Shown piece by piece: positions 61,231 to 64,000 of a DNA stretch of 64,000 nucleotides. Source of the DNA: Rhynchobatus australiae (taxonomy: Eukaryota); NCBI GenBank assembly GCA_034780895.1, contig JAUZTB010000071.1, positions 4,501,387 through 4,565,386 on the forward strand, in the 5' to 3' direction. The translations under genes and the position numbers were made by a program. Position 1 is the first letter of the stretch. Each line of letters opens with the position of its first letter. The notes below the pieces were generated by a model. It searched no databases. It was not told where the DNA came from and saw only the letters and a list, made by a program, of their open reading frames with translations.

Positions 61231-62959
61231 GATTTTCAGATCGTGAGTTGGCTGTTGCTGGTAAGGAAGCTTGGGTGAGCTGCTGCAGCGCACCTGCAGT
61301 TGCTTTAAAGTTTGTAACTTTAGAACTATGTAATCATGCTGTACATCAGGCCATTTGGTCCACTGTCTGTACAGGCGACCCCTGCATTATGGCAGTCTGG
61401 GTAATGGAAATTTGCCTTTACAGAATTTGCTAATCACTACCAAAATTCTGAGATACAGAATAAAAATTTGCTGTCATGGAATTTGTGTCATTTTTTTTCA
61501 ACTGGCATTTCTTGATGCACGCACAGATGATGTGGCTTCACACTACAGAACGTTATGATATGGACGGTTTTCTGGGAATGCAAGCCTTGTAACATGGAGA
61601 TTGCCTGTACTAGGTTTCATAAAGATCTATCCAAAGAATATCAGTTCCCTTTATTTGTCCCATGTATGTACATTCCTGCCATTTATTTTAAATCTGCACC
61701 CTCTTGTCACTTATTTGACAATCGAAACACTTTCCCTCTTTGCAGCTACAAAACCTCTCAGCTTTGAATGTCCTTATTAAAATCGTTCCATACTTTTCCT
61801 CAAGGAGAACAGCCTTACTTTCCCTGCCTCTCGATCAAGTTTCTCATCCCCAGTACCATTCTGTTTANNNNNNNNNNNNNNNNNNNNNNNNNNNNNNNNN
61901 NNNNNNNNNNNNNNNNNNNNNNNNNNNNNNNNNNNNNNNNNNNNNNNNNNNNNNNNNNNNNNNNNNNNNNNNNNNNNNNNNNNNNNNNNNNNNNNNNNNN
62001 NNNNNNNNNNNNNNNNNNNNNNNNNNNNNNNNNNNNNNNNNNNNNNNNNNNNNNNNNNNNNNNNNNNNNNNNNNNNNNNNNNNNNNNNNNNNNCCTCCAT
62101 TGGTAAAGCCCAAGGATTCTGTGCTGTTTTCAATTTCTCCTGCCATCTTTAAATTACGTACCTTTTTGTATCAAGTAGAAAACTATTTTGCTTGAATGAG
62201 ATATCAGATTAACATTAATCAGTTATGGGAATATATTTTCTCTTTTAATTACAAAACTAAAGATTCATATAGTATTTTCAAACATTTTAAATTTTCTATT
62301 TTCAACAATAATGTGAGACATGATTCTAAGTGTGTCAATATTCAGCATCTTTATTTTGGAGATTGCTGTCTAGATTTGATTGATAGTGAAAAGAAGTATC
62401 TATGCGTCATCTATATTGCAGGATGTAGTGCTTAGGACAGATGGAACTGAACATGTGATTATTAATTTGTTGATGTCATCATGCGACACCAAAAGCATTT
62501 GACCTATTTTTAATCAGTATGCTATCCCTCTGAGTTCTATATATTACGATGCTTTATACCACATCTGCTGTAAAAATGTTTTAACTAATGTAACTAGCTG
62601 AAATCCAACAGACATTGAATGCATAAAAAAGCTGGGCATATTAAAGTATAGACTGCTAATGGTGGACTGTAGTACCTAATAAATAAAAAGTTTATAATAC
62701 ATTTTATTGCAGATACTGGTTTATATTTTTACTCTGCAGTGATATTAAAATAGGAGTAAAAACTGGATCAATCTACATTGGTACTCTTATAGGCTAATTG
62801 TAATGTTTCACCTCACAGGAAGTAAAGCTGATGGAACATTATAAGAAAATAAGACTAAAGTTATGTTACAGGACCACTTTTGTACTGATAATAACTGTAA
62901 CAGGAGGAAAATACAAATTTATATAGTCTTTCTGATCTCTGAACATTTTAATGTTTTGT

Positions 62960-63325
62960 AAAAAACCAGTTAACAACTTCTGAAGAGTAATAATTGTTGT
63001 AACGTAGGAAGTGCAAATCGATTTTCATGCAGAAAAATTCCACAAAAATGTAATGTAGTAAATTCCAGAAAACACTTTTTTTGAATATGTTTATTGAGGG
63101 ATAAATGTTGACCAGGACACTGGGGATAACTCTCCTTCTCATCAAGATAGTGTTTGTGTATTTTATGTTCCCATGAGAAGAGGGCTTTGGTTTAACACAG
63201 CATTCCCACATTCCACAATGGAATAGTGCATCAGCATAATTTTTTTGTTGTAATTTCTTGAGTGAGATTTGTGCTCATAACTTTATAAACCTGGGTGAGA
63301 ATGTTACCAACTGAACCACAACTGA
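62960..63325 (-). mobile_element. Old Deu-domain SINE
   Basis: ttgttgtaacgtaggaa...ttgagggataaatgttgaccaggacactggggataactc...tggtttaac...gagaatgttaccaactgaaccacaactga. Confidence 0.72.
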
Positions 63326-64000
63326 TATATTGTGATTCCATTCTGATTATTCTTTTACTTGTAACCTATATATAGGAAAATTCACTGTATGTGTAATTTT
63401 GTTTCAGATGATTGGCACAATTAGTTCAATACATCTTCATATATCTTCTGGCTCTCTGTAAAATAGAGAGCAAATTGTCAAAAGTTTTCTATCTTTTCCA
63501 GCTTTAACCATTACTGTTGTATTAGCGACAAAGTTGGTAGTTACATACTTCATATTTGATTCTGAACTTTTTCTTTTCAGATGATATGATTTTGAGCCTA
63601 ACAGAAAAAAGTAATTAGTCGGCTTGCATTCTTTGGTACTATGTAGACAGGATTTGGGAGCAGTCTCTGTAGCCCATGTGCTGTTCCAGCATTTCCGTCA
63701 CATGTTTCCCCTGTCAGTTGGAATGTTTACTGGCAGGGAGCCTCCTCTTCTTCCCATTTTAGCCTGCTGTTTAAATCGCAGCAGTAATGTTTTCAATCTG
63801 ATTTAGAAAAAAGAGGCTCCTGCTAACACCACTGCTTTGTGTTAGGGAAAGCGGATAAAAGGAACAAGCGTGGTAACATGCTGCTGCTTTTAAATGTTTT
63901 ATTTGGCTGGTACATTTCAACTTTGTGTTCACAGTAATGCTCTGACAGATTCCCTGGTGCAGAGTAGTGGAAGTTGATTTTGCTTTCCCCTTTGGCTGTG

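Noticed and set aside
63581-63610. Possible 30 nt micro-exon (ttcttttcag|ATGATATG...AAAA|gtaatt)
   Set aside because: Weak donor, a stop in phase 0, and no recognisable peptide.

Overview
This is eukaryotic, AT-rich and CpG-depleted DNA from a gapped short-read scaffold (about 20 N-runs). The repeat families point to a cartilaginous fish (shark or ray, inferred): HE1/V-SINE, Deu-domain SINE, elasmobranch-type CR1, L2, Rex1/Babar, RTE and Penelope-like elements. No ORF in the supplied track is a credible host gene; they are decayed LINE fragments, chance ORFs or ORFs running through N-gaps. Much of the window is nested retroelement debris, and the rest looks like a long intron or 5' region of an unidentified + strand gene. 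Three weak exon candidates are 5847-6114, an ATG-GCG-CAG|GTAAGT 'MAQ' start exon ending at 14230, and 41992-42261. The most notable observations are: (1) Penelope-derived palindromic mini-elements with 12-13 bp target-site duplications (TSDs) and decayed minimal hammerhead ribozymes; (2) a cluster of local 40-120 bp inverted and direct duplications, including a ~95 bp inverted repeat enclosing a CpG-retaining ETS/RUNX/GATA block and overlapping a candidate splice donor, and a perfect 32 bp hairpin inside a CR1; (3) a fossil PIF/Harbinger transposase; (4) three solo-LTR-like elements; (5) a CR1 split by a SINE-bounded 2.4 kb block. Family names come from my recall of consensus motifs, not database searches, and most transposable element (TE) boundaries are approximate (+/- tens of bp).
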